A stretch of DNA of 64,000 bases, taken from NCBI RefSeq assembly GCF_039654945.1, contig NW_027361869.1, positions 8,060,001-8,124,000 of the forward strand, written 5' to 3'. This document shows positions 27,801-43,200 of the stretch, piece after piece (the first letter of the stretch is position 1; every line of letters begins with the position of its first letter). The notes under the pieces were generated by a model that ran no database searches, had not been told where the DNA came from, and saw only the letters and a program-made list of their open reading frames with translations. The position numbers and the translations under genes were made by a program. The stretch is from Dendrobates tinctorius. Lineage: Eukaryota.

Positions 27801-28048
27801 GTGGTGGCTCTGATCTTAAAGCTCTATAAGGATTAGGTGGAGGTACTAATCATACAGCTCTGCAGGGAGGAGGTGGTGGCCCTGATCATACAGCTCTGCG
27901 GGGACAAGATGGTGGCACTAATCATAAAGCTCTGCAGGGATGAGGTGGTGGCACTGATCATACAGCTTTGTGTGGACAAGGTGGTGGCACTGATCATGTA
28001 GCCCTGAGCGGAGGACGTGGTGGCACTGATCATACAGCTCTGCAAGGA

Positions 28049-28215
28049 AAAAATAACTCAAAGATGGATGGGAATGAGAAATCCCACAGGATAAAAAAGA
28101 TGCTACATGAATGATAAAAATAATAACAATGATAATAATAAATGGCACAATTTTTATTTTTTTAAATAAAGATGCCTTTATTAAAATATTGACACAACAA
28201 TTAAGTGCATTAAAA

Positions 28216-28262
<47 letters not shown>

Positions 28263-28588
28263 GTATACAATCACATTAGCCATGTGTTTATGGATAATGG
28301 AAAACCAATCCATATCAAAAATTCTTAATTAATGAACCAGGTACAAAAATGCATATATATAGTGACACAAGGATAATTACATAAAAAGAAAATAAATATA
28401 TGTATAATGAATGTGCCCAAAGTGCAGAGGTGCAGCTGTGCAAAAAATTCAAATCGCACTAAGGCGTGTGCAACAAAACACAAGGTGTAAAATACCTGTA
28501 AGCCGATTGACGCTACGTGAGTTGTATAAGAACATGCCCCCACGGGCGTTTCAGAAATAAATCTCCTTCGTCAGGTGGATAGATACGC
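28049..28588 (-). mobile_element. AT-rich hammerhead-like insertion, copy 2
   Basis: Near-identical to copy 1, same flanks. Confidence 0.6.
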
Positions 28589-29524
28589 CTGCAAGGAGTA
28601 GGCGGTGGCACTGATCATACAGCTCTGCGGGGACTAGGTGGTGGTAATGATCATACAGCTCTGTGCTGACCAACTGGTGGCACTGATCATACAGCTTTGC
28701 GGTGACAATGTGGTGGCACTGATTATACAGTTCGGCGGCGACAGGGTGGTGACACTGATCATACAGCTCTGCATGGAAAGGTGGTGGCACTGAACAAACA
28801 GCTCTGCAGGGAAAAGGTGGTGGCACTGAACATACAGCTCAGCGCGGACAGGGTGGTGGCACTGATCAGACAGCTCTACAGGGAGGAGGTGGTGACACTG
28901 AACATACTTGTTTGCCGGGATGAGGTAGTGGCACTGAACATACAGCTCAGCGAGGACAAGGAGGTGGTACTGATCAGACAGCTCTACAGGGAGGAGGTGG
29001 TGGCACTGAACATACTTGTTTACAGGGATGAGGTAGTAGCACTGAACATACAGCTCTGCAGGGATGAGGTGGTTGCACTGATCATACAGCTCTTTGGGAA
29101 GGAGGCGGTGGCACTGATCATAAGGCTCTGCAGGGACCAGGTTGTGTCACTGATCTTACAGCTCTGCATGGATGAGGTGGTGGCACTGATCATACAGTTC
29201 TGCAGGGAGGAGGTGGTGGCACTGATCATACAGCTTTGCGGGGACAATGTGGTTGCACTGATTATATATGTCTTTAGGGATAAGTTGGAGGCACTGATCA
29301 TGCGGTTCTGCAGGGATGAGGTTGTGGCACTGATCATACTGCTCTGCGGGGACAAGGTGGTGACACTGATCATACACCTCTGCGGCGACAAGGTGGTGGT
29401 ACTGATCATACAGCTCTGCAGGGAGGAGGTGGTGGCACTGATCACACAGCTCTGAAGGGAATAGGTGGTGGCACTGATCATACAGCTCTGCAGGGAATAG
29501 ATGGTGGCACTGATCATAGAGTTC

Positions 29525-29776
29525 TGATGATATTGGAGACTGCGGACAGACTGTCACTGGCGTTCTGTATTACAGAGGGGTAAGGTCGGGGGAAGACGTA
29601 TACAGTTGTGTGTCATCAGCATAAAGATGCTACCGAAAGCCAAATTTGCTGATGGTCTGTCCAATTGGGGCTGTATAGAGCAAGAAGAGATGGGGGCCAA
29701 GGACTGAGCCCTGAGGTACCCAGAAAGCAAGAGGAAGAGGAGATGAAGTGGAGCCAGCGAACAAAACACTGAAGAA
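29525..29776 (-). mobile_element. L2 RT core fragment, copy 2
   Basis: Paralog of 17171-17422. Confidence 0.85.
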
Positions 29777-29974
29777 CTCTGCAGAGACGAGGTGGTGGCA
29801 CCGATCATACAGGTCAGCAGGGACGAGGTGGTGGCACTCATTATAGAGCTCTGCAGGGATGAAGTGGTGGCACTGATCATACAGCTCTGCGGGGAGGAGG
29901 AGGTGGCACTGATCATACAGGCCAAAATTGGGGTACTGTGTATGGCATGCGGATGGAGAGCACATTGATGCTGG

Positions 29975-30133
<159 letters not shown>

Positions 30134-33100
30134 TCATACAGCTCTGCATTGACGAGGTGGTGGAACTGTTCATGCAGTTCTGCAGGGATGAGGTTGTGGC
30201 ACTGATCATACAGCTCTGCAGGGAGGAGAGGAGGTAGTGGCACAGATCATACAGCCCTGCAGTGACGAGGTGGTGGCACTGAACATACTTGTTTGCCGGG
30301 ATGAGGTAGTGGCACTGATTATACAGCTCTGCAGGGATGAGGTGGCGGCACTGAAGATACAGGTCTGCAGGGATGAGTTGGTTGCACTGATCATAAGGAT
30401 CTGCAGGGACAAGGTTGTGTCACTGATCTTAAAGCTCTGCAGGGATGAGGTGGTGGCACTGTTCATACAGTTCTGCAGGGAGGAGGTGGTGGCACTGATC
30501 ATACAGCTCTGTGTGGATAAGATGGTGGCAATGATCATACAGCTCTACAGGGAGGAGGTGGTGGCACTGAACATACTTGTTTACAAGGATGAGGTAGTGG
30601 CACTGATCATACAGCTCTGCAGGGATGAGGTGGTGGCACTGACGATACAGCTCTGCAGGGATGAGGTGGTTGCACTGATCATACAGCTCTTTGGGGAGGA
30701 GGCGGTGGCACTGATCATAAGGCTCTGCAGGGACAAGGTTGTGTCACTGATCTTACAGCTCTGCATGGATGAAGTGGTGGCACTGATCATACAGTTCTGC
30801 AGGGAGGAGGTGGTGGCACTGATCATACAGCTCTTCAGGGAGGAGGTGGTGGCACTGATCTCACAGCTCTGCAGGGAGTAGGTTGTGGCACTGATAATAC
30901 AGCTCTGTGTGGCTAAGATGGTGGCACTGATCATACAGCTCTGCAGGGAGGAGTTGGTGGCACTGATCATACAGCTCTGCAGGGAAGAGGAGGTGACACT
31001 TATCATACAGATCTGCAAGGATGAGGTGTTGGCACTGATCATACAGCTTTGCGGGGACAATGTGGTTGCACTGATCATACACCTCTGCGGTGACAAGGTG
31101 GTGGTACTGATCATACAGCTCTGCATGGAGAAGGTGGTGGCACTGATCACACAGCTCTGAAGGGAATAGTTGGTGGCACTGATCATACAGTTCTGCAGTG
31201 ACGATTTGGTGGCACTAATGGTACAGCTCTGCAGGGATGAGGTAGTGGCACAGATCATACAGCTCTGCGGGGACAATGTGGTGACACTGATCATAGAGCC
31301 CTGCAAGGGCCAGGTGGTGGCACTGATCATAAAGATCTGCAGGGAAGAGTTGGTGGCACTGATCATACAGCTCTGCGGGGACAATGTGGTGACACTGATC
31401 ATAGAGCCCTGCAAGGGCCAGGTGGTGGCACTGATCATAAAGATCTGCAGGGAAGAGTTGGTGGCACTGATCATACAGCTCTGCAGGGACGAGGTGTTGG
31501 CACTTATCATACAGCCTTGCGCAGACAAGGTGGTGGCACTGATCATACATCTTTACGGGGACAATGTGGTTGTACTGATTATACGTCTCTTTAGGGATAA
31601 GTTGGAGGCACTGATCATGTGGTTCTGCAAGGATGAGGTTGTGGCACTGATCATACAGCTCTGCAGAGAGGAGGTGGTGGCACTGATCATACAGCTCTGT
31701 GTGGACAATTTGATAGCACTGATCATACATCTCTGCTCGGACAAAGTGGTGGCACTTATGATACAGCTTTGCGGGGACAAGGTGGTGGCACTGAACATAT
31801 AGCTCAGCATGGACAAGGTGGTGGCTCTGATCTTATAGCTTTGCAAGGATGAGGTGGAGGTACTAATCATACTGCTCTGCAGGGAAGAGGTGGTGGCACT
31901 GATTATACAGCTCAGCGCGGACAAGGTGGTGGCACTGATCAGACAGCTCTACAGGAAGGAGGTGGTGGCACTGAAAATACTTGTTTGCCGGGATGAGGTA
32001 GTGGCACTGAATATACAGCTCTGCAGGGGTGAGGTGGTGGCACTGAAGATACAGTTCTGCAAGGATGAGGTGGTTGCACAGATCATAAGTCTCTGCAGGG
32101 ACAAGGTTGAGTCACTGATCTTAAAGCTCTGCAGGGATGAGGTGGTGGCACTGATCATACAGTTCTGCGGGGAGGAGGTGGTGGCATTGATCATACAGCT
32201 CTGCAGGGAGGAGGTGGTGGCACTGATCACACAGCTCTGCAGGGAGTAGGTGGTGGCACTGATCATACAGCTCTGTGTGGATAAGATGGTGGCAATGATC
32301 ATGCAGCTCTGCAGGGAGGAGTTGGTGGCACTGATCATACAGCTCTGCAAGGATGAGGTGTTGGCACTGATCATACAGCTTTGCGGGGACAATGTGGTTG
32401 CACTGATTACATATCTCTTTAGGGATAAGTTGGAGGCACTGATCATGCGGTTCTGCAGGGATGAGGTTGTGGCACTGATCATACATCTCTGCGGGGACAA
32501 GGTGGTGGTACTGATCATACAGCTCTGCAGGGAGGAGGTGGTGGCGCTGAACATACAGCACTGCTGGGAAAGGTGGTGGCACTGAACATACAGCTCAGCG
32601 TGGACAAAGTGGTGGTACTGATCAGACAGCTCTACAGGGAGGAGTTGGTGGCACTGAACATACAGCACTGCAGGGAAAGGTGGTGGCACTGAACATACAG
32701 CTCAGCACGGACATAGTGGTGGTACTGATCAGACAGCTCTACAGGGAGGAGGTGGTGGCACTGAACATACTTGTTTGCAGGGATGAGGTAGTGTCACTGA
32801 TCTTACAGCTCTGCAGGGATGAGGTGGTGGCACTGAAGATACAGCTCTGCAGGGATGAGGTGGTTGCACTGATCATACAGCACTGTGGTGAGGAGGCGGT
32901 GGCACTGACCATAAGGCTCTGCAGGGACAAGGTTGTGTCACAGATCTTACAGCTCTGCAGGGATGAGGTGGTGGCACTAATTATACAGTTCAGCAGGGAG
33001 GAGGTGGTGGCACTGATCATACAGCTCTTCAGGGAGGAGGTGGTGGCACTGAACACACAGCTCTGCAGGGAGAAGTTGGTGGCACTGATCATACAGCTCT

Positions 33101-33710
33101 GCAGGGAAGAGGTGGTGACACTGATCATACACCTCTGCGGCCACAAGGTGGTGGTACTGATCATACAGCTCTGCAGGGAGGAGGTGGTGGCACTGATCAC
33201 ACAGCTCTGAAAGGAATAGGTGGTGGCACTGATCATACAGTTCTGCAGTGACGAGGTGGTGGCACTAACCATACAGTTCTGAAGTGACGAGGTGGTGGCA
33301 CTAATCATACAGCTTTGCAGGGATGAGGTAGTGGCACAGATCGTACAGCTCTGCAGGGAAGAGGTGGTGACACTGATCATACAGTTTTGCAAGGATGAGG
33401 TGTGGCACTGATCATACAGCTTTGCGGGGACAATGTGGTTGCACTGATTATATATATCTTTAGGGATAAGTTGGATGCACTGATCATGCGGTTCTGCAGG
33501 GATGAGGTTGTGGCACTGATCATACAGCTCTGCGGGGACAAGGTGGTGACACTGATCATACACCTCTGCGGCGACAAGGTGGTGGTACTGATCATACAGC
33601 TCAACAGGGAGGAGGTGGTGGCACTGATCATACAGCTCTGAAGGGAATAGGTGGTGGCACAGATCATACAGCTCTGCAGGGAATAGATGGTGGCACTGAT
33701 CATACGGTTC

Positions 33711-33962
33711 TGATGATATTGGAGACTGCGGGCAGACAGTCACTGGCGTTCTGTATTACAGAGGGGTAAGGTCGGGGGAAGACGTATACAGTTGTGTGTC
33801 ATCAGCATAAAGATGGTACCGAAAGCCAAATTTGCTGATGGTCTGTCCAATTGGGGCTGTATAGAGAGGGAAGAGATGGGGGCCAAGGACTGAGCCCTGA
33901 GGTACCCAGACAGCAAGAGGAAGAGGAGATGAAGTGGAGCCAGCGAACAAAACACTGAAGAA
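33711..33962 (-). mobile_element. L2 RT core fragment, copy 3
   Basis: YADD-containing paralog. Confidence 0.85.
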
Positions 33963-34201
33963 CTCTGCAGGGACGAGGTGGTGGCACCGATCATACAGGT
34001 CAGCAGGGACGAGGTGGTGGCACTCATTATAGAGCTCTGCCGGGATGAAGTGGGGGCACTGATCATACACCTCTGCAGCGACAAGGTGGTGGTACGGATC
34101 ATACAGCTCTGCGAGGACCAGGTGGTGGCACTGATCATAAAGCTCTGCAGAGAGGAGGTGGTGGCACTGATTAGACAGCTTTGTAGGGAGGAGATGTTGG
34201 C

Positions 34202-34985
34202 TGTTGTGAGTTCATTTTCCCCTTCACTACTGAGGCCCAATGAACTCCCTCTTCTGGTAAAGAAAGGTAGTGAGCCTGATTATCAAACACCTGAGCCTAA
34301 TGATGATGACTGGCTGGTGGAGTTACTGACTGGATATAAGGCCGCCGACGCCCTTCTGCCCTGCGGGTGATTTCTCTGTGGGATCCTTGGAAACCAGTCT
34401 GAATTCCTGGTCTTCTAAAGCTAAGTTTTTTGCATTTGTGCTTTGACTTTGTTTTGCTTTGTTTTTCTGGATTTCTGCCATTCCCTGCTGGGGTGAGCTG
34501 AATTCCTTTAGCTCTGTCTTCTGAAAATACCTGAGTGCTGATTTAGTTTTTGAAGCCTAGCTGCTTCAGGGTCTTTTTCCATATAAGCTTGTTGGCTTAT
34601 GTCTTTGATATGGTTTTGGCAGATTGCAGACAGCAACCTTCCTTTCCTGTTCTGTTTAGTTAGCTTGGGCCCCATCGTTTGCTCAGCCTATCTTTCTATC
34701 TGTGTGAGTGTTTTTTCATCTTGCTTCACCGTCATTATATGTTGGGGGCTGCCTTTTACTTTGGGGTCTGCTCTGGGGCAGTTTAGATTTCCTTTTCTGT
34801 CTTTAGGCTATTTAGCTCTCCGGCTGTGATCGAGGGGTCTAGGGCACCGTAGGAACCCCCCACGGCTGCTGCTAGTTTTGTTGATAGGTTCATGGGTCTG
34901 CAATCTGATAGTTGCCAACTTCTCTGGTTTTCTGGACGTAGCTTCTATTTTTGTGTCTGCCTCCTACGCTGACTCAATCATAACA
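34202..34985 (+). mobile_element. Solo LTR of the Gypsy element
   Basis: TGTTGTGA...TCATAACA, flanked by GTTGGC on both sides; homologous to 40217-41013. Confidence 0.93.
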
Positions 34986-37391
34986 GTTGGCACTGATCAT
35001 ACAGCTCTGCAGGGAGTAAGTGGTGGCACTGATCATACAGCTCTGCGGGGACAAAGTGGTGGCACTTATGTTACAGCTTTGCGGGGACAAGGTCGTGGCA
35101 CTGATCATACAGCTCTGCAGGAAGGAGTTGGTGGCACTGAACATACAGCTCAGCGTGGACAAGGTGGTGGCACTGATCTTAAAGCTCTACAAGGATGAGG
35201 TGGTGGTACTAATCATACAGCTCTGCAGGGAGGAGGTGGTGGCATTGATCATACAGCTCTGCGGGGACAAGATGGTGGCACTGATGATAAAGCTCTGCAG
35301 GGATGATGTGGTGGCACTGATCGTACAGGTCTGCAGGGATGAGGTGGTAGCACTCATCATATAGCTCTGCAGGGACAAGGTGGTGGCACTGATCATACAG
35401 CTTTGCGCGGACAAGGTGGTGGCACTGATCATATAGCTCTGATTGGATGACGTGGTGGCACTGATCAAATAGCTCTGCAGGGATTAGGTGGTGGCAATGA
35501 TCATACAGCTCTGCAAGGAGTAGGCGGTGGCACTGATCATACAGCTCTGCGGGTACTAGGTGGTGGTACAGATCATACTGCTCTGTGCTGACCAACTGGT
35601 GGCACTGATCATACAACTTTGTGGTGACAAGGTGGTGGCACTGATTATACAATTCTGCGGCTACAAGGTGGTGGCACTGATCACACAGGTCTGCAGGGAA
35701 AAGGTGGTGGCACTGAACATACAGCTCAGCACGGACAAGGTGGTGGCACTGATCAGACAGCTCTACAGGGAGGAGGTTGTGGCACTGAACATACTAGTTT
35801 GCAGGGATGAGGTAGTGGCACTGATCATACAGCTCTGCAGGTATGAGGTGGTGTCACTGAAGATACAGCTGTGCAGGGATGAGGTGGTTGCACTGATCAT
35901 GCAGCTCTGTGGGGAGGAGTTGGTGGCACTGATCATGCAGCTCTGCAAGGACGAGGTGTTGGCACTGATCATACAGCTCTACAGGGATGAGATAGTGGCT
36001 CAGATCATACAGCTCTCCAGGGACGAGGAGGTGGCACTGATCATACACCTCTGCGGGGACAATGTGGTGACACTGATTATACACGTCTGTGGCGACAAGG
36101 TGCTGGTACTGATCATACAGCTCTGCAGGGAGGAGGTGGTGGCACTGATCATACAGCTCTGAAGGGAATAGGTGGTGGCACTGATCATAAAGTTCTGCAG
36201 TGACGAGGTGGTGGCACTAATCATACAGCTCAGCAGGGAGGAGGTGGTGGCACTGATCATACAGCTCAGCAGGGAGGAGGTGGTGACACTGATTATACAG
36301 CTCTGCAGGGATGAGGTAGTGGCACAGATCCTACAGACCTGCAGGGACAAGGTGGTGGCACTGATCATACAGCTTTGCGGGGACAATGTGGTTGCACTGA
36401 TTATACATCTCTTTAGGTATAAGTTGGAGGCACTGATCATGCGGTTCTGAAGGGATGAGGTTGTGGCACTGATCATACAGCTCTGCAGGGATGAGGTAGT
36501 GGCACAGATCATACAGCTCTGCAGGGATGAGGTAGTGGCACAGATCATACAGCTCTGCAGAGAGGAGATGGTGACTCTGATTATACAGCTTTGCAGTGAG
36601 GATATGGTGGCACTGATCATACAGCTCTGCGGGGACAATTTGATGGCACTGATCATACAGCTCTGCTCGGACAAAGTGTTGGCACTTATGATACAGCTTT
36701 GTGGGGACAAGGTGGTGGCACTGATCATACAGCTCTGCAGTGACGAGTTCGTGGCACTGATTATGCAGTTCTGCAGGGATGAGGTAGTTTCACCGATCAT
36801 ACAGCTCTGCAGGGATGATTCAGTAGCACAGATCATACAGCCCTGCAGGGATGAAGTGGTGGCACTGATCATACAGCTCTGCAGGGAAAAGTTGGTGACA
36901 CTGATCATACACCTCTGTGGCGACAAGGTGGTGGTACTGATCATACAGCTCTGCAAGGACCAGGTGGTGGCATTGATCATAAAGCTCTGCAGGGATGAGG
37001 TGGTGGCACTGATCATACAGCTCTGCAGAGAGGAGGTGGTGGCACTGATTATACAGCTTTACAGGGAGGAGATGGTGGCACTGATCATACAGCTCTGTGG
37101 GGACAATTTGATGGCACTGATCATACAGCTCTGCTCGGACAAAGTAGTGGCACTTATGATACAGCTTTGCGGGGACAAGGTGGTGGCACTGAACATATAG
37201 CTCAGCGTGGACAAGGTGGTGGCTCTGATCTTAAAGCTCTATAAGGATTAGGTGGAGGTACTAATCATACATCTCTGCAGGGAGGAGGTGGTGGCCCTGA
37301 TCATACAGCTCTGCGGGGACAAGGTGGTGGCACTGATCATGTAGCCCTGAGCGGAGGACGTGGTGGCACTGATCATACAGCTCTGCAAAGA

Positions 37392-37564
37392 AAAAATAAC
37401 TCGAAGATGGATGGGAATGAGAAATCCCACAGGATAAAAAAGATGCTACATGAATGATAAAAATAATAACAATGATAATAATAAATGGCACAATTTTTAT
37501 TTTTTTAAATAAAGATGCCTTTATTAAAATATTGACACAACAATCAAGTGCATTAAAAAAAAAA

Positions 37565-37615
<51 letters not shown>

Positions 37616-37952
37616 TATATATTAGAGTATACAATCACATTAGCCATGTGTTTATGGATAATGGAAAACCAATCCATATCAAAAATTCTTAATTAATGAA
37701 CCAGGTACAAAAATGCATATATATAGTGACACAAGGATAATTACATAAAAAGAAAATAAATATATGTATAATGAATGTGCCCAAAGTGCAGAGGTGCAGC
37801 TGTGCAAAAAATTCAAATCGCACTAAGGCGTGTGCAACAAAACACAAAGTGTAAAATACCTGTAAGCCGATTGACGCTACGTGAGTTGTATAAGAACATG
37901 CCCCCACGGGCGTTTCGGAAATAAATCTCCTTCGTCAGGTGGATAGATACGC
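37392..37952 (-). mobile_element. AT-rich hammerhead-like insertion, copy 3
   Basis: Near-identical to copy 2. Confidence 0.6.
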
Positions 37953-39283
37953 CTGCAAGGAGTAGGCGGTGGCACTGATCATACAGCTCTGCGGGGACTA
38001 GGTGGTGGTAATGATCATACAGCTCTGTGCTGACCAACTGGTGGCACTGATCATACAGCTTTGCGGTGACAATGTGGTGGCACTGATTATACAGTTCGGC
38101 GGCGACAGGGTGGTGACACTGATCATACAGCTCTGCATGGAAAGGTGGTGGCACTGAACAAACAGCTCTGCAGGGAAAAGGTGGTGGCACTGAACATACA
38201 GCTCAGCGCGGACAAGGTGGTGGCACTGATCAGACAGCTCTACAGGGAGGAGGTGGTGGCACTGAACATACTTGTTTGCCGGGATGAGTTAGTGGCACTG
38301 ATTATACAGCTCTGCAGTGAGAGGTGGTGGCACTGAAGATACAGCTCTACAGGGATGAGGTGGTTGCACTGATCATAAGGATCTGCAGGGACAAGGTTGT
38401 GTCACTGATCTTAAAGCTCTGCAGGGATGAGGTGGTGGCACTGATCATACAGTTCTGCAGGGAGGAGGTGGTGGCACTGATCATACAGCTCTGTGTGGAT
38501 AAGATGGTGGCAATGATCATACAGCTCTGCAGGGAGGAGTTGGTGGCACTGATCATACAGCTCTGCAAGGATGAGGTGTTGACACTGATCATACAGCTTT
38601 GCGGGGACAATGTGGTTGCACTGATTATATATCTCTTTAGGGATAAGTTGGAGGCACTGATCATGCGGTTCTGCAGGGAAAAGGTTGTGGCACTGAACAT
38701 ACAGCTCAGCGAGGACAAGGAGGTGGTACTGATCAGACAGCTCTACAGGGAGGAGGTGGTGGCACTGAACATACTTGTTTACAGGGATGAGGTAGTAGCA
38801 CTGATCATACAGCTCTGCAGGGATGAGGTGGTTGCACTGATCATACAGCTCTTTGGGAAGGAGGCGGTGGCACTGATCATAAGGCTCTACAGGGACCAGG
38901 TTGTGTCACTGATCTTACAGCTCTGCATGGATGAGGTGGTGGCACTGATCATACAGTTCTGCAGGGAGGAGGTGGTGGCACTGATCATACAGCTTTGCGG
39001 GGACAATGTGGTTGCACTGATTATATATGTCTTTAGGGATAAGTTGGAGGCACTGATCATGCGGTTCTGCAGGGATGAGGTTGTGGCACTGATCATACTG
39101 CTCTGCGGGGACAAGGTGGTGACACTGATCATACACCTCTGCGGCGACAAGGTGGTGGTACTGATCATACAGCTCTGCAGGGAGGAGGTGGTGGCACTGA
39201 TCACACAGCTCTGAAGGGAATAGGTGGTGGCACTGATCATACAGCTCTGCAGGGAATAGATGGTGGCACTGATCATAGAGTTC

Positions 39284-39535
39284 TGATGATATTGGAGACT
39301 GCGTACAGACTGTCACTGGCGTTCTGTATTACAGAGGGGTAAGGTCGGGGGAAGACGTATACAGTTGTGTGTCATCAGCATAAAGATGGTACCGAAAGCC
39401 AAATTTGCTGATGGTCTGTCCAATTGGGGCTGTATAGAGCAAGAAGAGATGGGGGCCAAGGACTGAGCCCTGAGGTACCCAGAAAGCAAGAGGAAGAGGA
39501 GATGAAGTGGAGCCAGCGAACAAAACACTGAAGAA
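39284..39535 (-). mobile_element. L2 RT core fragment, copy 4
   Basis: YADD-containing paralog. Confidence 0.85.
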
Positions 39536-39733
39536 CTCTGCAGAGACGAGGTGGTGGCACCGATCATACAGGTCAGCAGGGACGAGGTGGTGGCACTCAT
39601 TATAGAGCTCTGCAGGGATGAAGTGGTGGCACTGATCATACAGCTCTGCGGGGAGGAGGAGGTGGCACTGATCATACAGGCCAAAATTGGGGTACTGGGT
39701 ATGGCATGCGGATGGAGAGCACATTGATGCTGG

Positions 39734-39892
<159 letters not shown>

Positions 39893-40216
39893 TCATACAG
39901 CTCTGCATTGACGAGGTGGTGGAACTGTTCATGCAGTTCTGCAGGGATGAGGTTGTGGCACTGATCATACAGCTCTGCAGGGAGGAGAGGAGGTAGTGGC
40001 ACAGATCATACAGCCCTGCAGTGACGAGGTGGTGGCACTGATCATACAGTTCTGCAGGGACAAGGTGGTGACACTGATCATACACCTCTGCAGCGACAAG
40101 GTGGTGGTACTTATCATACAGCTCTGCGAGGACCAGGTTGTGGCACTGATCATAAAGCTCTGCAGAGAGGAGGTGGTGGCACTGATTAGACAGCTTTGCA
40201 GGGAGGAGATGTTGGC

Positions 40217-43200
40217 TGTTGTGAGTTCATTTTCCCCTTCACTACTGAGGCCCGATGAACTCCCTCTTCTGGTAAAGAAAGGTAGTGAGCCTGATTATCA
40301 AACACCTGAGCCTAATGATGATGACTGGCTGAGTGGAGTTACTGACTGGATATAAGGCCGCCGACGCCCTTCTGCCCTGCGGGTGATTTCTCTGTGGGAT
40401 CCTTGGAGACCAGTCTGAATTCCTGCTCTTCTAAAGCTAAGTTTTCTGCTCGGCTTTTTGCATTTGTGCTTTGACTTTGTTTTGCTTTGTTTTTCCGGAT
40501 TTCTGCCATTCCCTGCTGGGGTGAGCTGAATTCCTTTAGCTCTGTCCTCTGAAAATACCTTAGTGCTGATTTAGTTTTTGAAGCCTAGCTGCTTCAGGGT
40601 CTTTTTCCATATCAGCTTGTTGGCTTATGTCTTTGATATGGTTTTGGCAGATTGCAGACAGCAACCTTTCTTTCCTGTTCTGTTTAGTTAGCTTGAGCCC
40701 CATTGTTTGCTCAGCCTATCTTTCTATCTGTGTGAGTGTTTTTTCATCTTGCGTCACCGTCATTATATGTTGGGGGCTGCCTTTTACTTTGGGGTCTGCT
40801 CTGGGGCAGTTTAGATTTCCTTTTCTGTCTTTAGGCTATTTAGCTCTCCGGCTGTGATTGAGGGGTCTAGGGCACCGTAGGAACCCCCCACGGCTACTGC
40901 TAGTTGTGTTGATAGGTTCAGGGGTCTGCAGTCTGATAGTTGCCAACTTCTCTGGTTTTCTGGACGTAGCTTCTATTTTTGTGTCTGCCTCCTACGGTGA
41001 CTCAATCATAACAGAATCACCCGCCATACCGCAGATCCTAGGGTACTCAATAGCAGGAAAGAATTGTAAAAAAAAAAAAAAAAAGTGTGTATATTTTTTC
41101 CTCTATATCTCTGAGGCCGTAGGGGGATTTTTTTTTTTTCTCTCAATGGAGATAAAGCAATTGTCTGATCGTGTGGAGCAGCTCGCTGCGGAAGTGCGTG
41201 GAATTTCCGCCTACCTTGCTCATTCACATGCTGCTGAACCAAAGATTCCTACACCTGATGTATTTTTTGGGGATCGGTCTAAATTTTTGAATTTCAAAAA
41301 TAATTGTAAATTATTTTTTGCCTTGAAGCCTAACTCGTCAGGGAGCTCCGCGCAGCAGGTTAAAATTGTCATCTCTTTGCTGCGTGGCGATCCCCAGGAT
41401 TGGGCGTTTTCTTTGAAACCAGATGATCCTTTTCTGACTAATGTGAACGCATTTTTTCAAGCCTTGGGGTTGTTGTATGACAAACCTAATGCCATTGATC
41501 AGGCTGAAAAGACCCTGCTGGCATTGAACCAGGATCGAGATTCTGCAGAATTGTACTGTCAAAAATTCCGAAAATGGGCAGTACTTACTACCTGGAATGA
41601 TAATGTCTTGGCTGCTCTCTTTCGGAAGGGGTTGTCAGAAGCCGTAAAAGATACTATGGTGGGATTTCCTGTTCCCTCTGGTCTTGACGATTCTATGTCA
41701 TTAGCTATTCAGGTTGATCGGCGTTTGCGCGAACGCAAAACTGCACGAGAGGTGTTGCCACCTGTTGAACAAATGTCTGAACCTATGCAATGTGATAGAG
41801 TTTTGTCCAGAGAGCAGCGTCAGGAGTTCAGAAGGCGTAATAAGTTGTGTTTTTTTTCTGTGGAGATGCCTCGCATGTTATTTCTGTCTGCCCTAAACGA
41901 GAGAAACGCTTTGCACACACGTTTTCTGTTGGTAGTGTTCAACCTAAGTTTCTTCTGGCTATTACTCTGATCTGCTCCCTGTCCACATTTTCCGCCAAGG
42001 CTTTTGTGGATTCGGGAGCAGCCCTAAACCTAATGGACTTGGATTTTGCTAAACGTTGTGGATTTCCGATGACACCTCTGCAGACGCCTATCCCTTTGAG
42101 GGGGATTGATGCTACTCCTTTGGCTAAAAATAAACCTCAGTTTTGGACCCAGGTGGTAATGCGGGTCGCCCCAGACCATCAAGAAAATTGCAGATTTTTG
42201 GTGTTGCATAATCTGCATGATACTATTGTTCTGGGGTTTCCCTGGTTACAAATTCATAATCCAGTTTTGGATTGGAAATCTGTGTCTATGGTGAGTTGGG
42301 GTTGTCGGTGTGCCTTTAGTGAGGCTCCGGTGTTTTCCACCTCTCCTCAGTCGCATGATGTTCCTGATTATTTGGCGGACTTTTATGATGTATTTAGTGA
42401 GAATGAGTCTGCGTCTCTGCCTCCTCATAGGAGTTATGACTGTGCAATTGAACTGAGCCCGGGGTGTAAATTTCCCAAGGGTCGGCTCTTCAATTTATCT
42501 GTACCCGAGCATGAGGCTATGCGATCCTATATTAAGGAGGCGTTGGAGAAGGGTCATATTAGACCATCCTCGTCACCCTTAGGTGCCGGTTTTTTTTTGT
42601 AGCCAAAAAGGATGGATCATTAAGACCTTGTATTGATTATCGTGCCCTCAACAAAATTACTGTTAAATATCAGTATCCGTTACCCCTGATTTCTGATCTA
42701 TTCTCCAGAGTTAAAGGTGCTTGCTGGTTTACCAAGCTTGACCTCAGGGGGGCGTATAATCTTATTCGCATTAAGCATGGGGATGAATGGAAGACGGCGT
42801 TTAATACTCCGGAGGGACATTTTGAGTACCTGGTGATGCCTTTTGGGCTCACTAATGCCCCTTCTGTCTTCCAGTGCTTCATGAACGATATTTTCCGAGA
42901 TTTTGTCGATAAATTTTTGATTATCTATCTGGATGATATTTTGATCTTCTCCAAGGACTGGGATTCTCATGTGGAACATATTCGGACTGTGTTCCGGATC
43001 TTGAGGGAGAATTCCCTGTATGTCAAAGGATCTAAATGCCTTTTTGGAGTACAGAGGATTTCTTTTTTGGGATTTATTTTGTCCCCGTCAACTATTGAAA
43101 TGGACCCGGCCAAGGTACAGGCCATTTACGATTGGGTTCAGCCCACTTCATTGAAGGCCCTCCAGAAGTTTTTGGGTTTTGCTAATTTTTATCGGAAATT

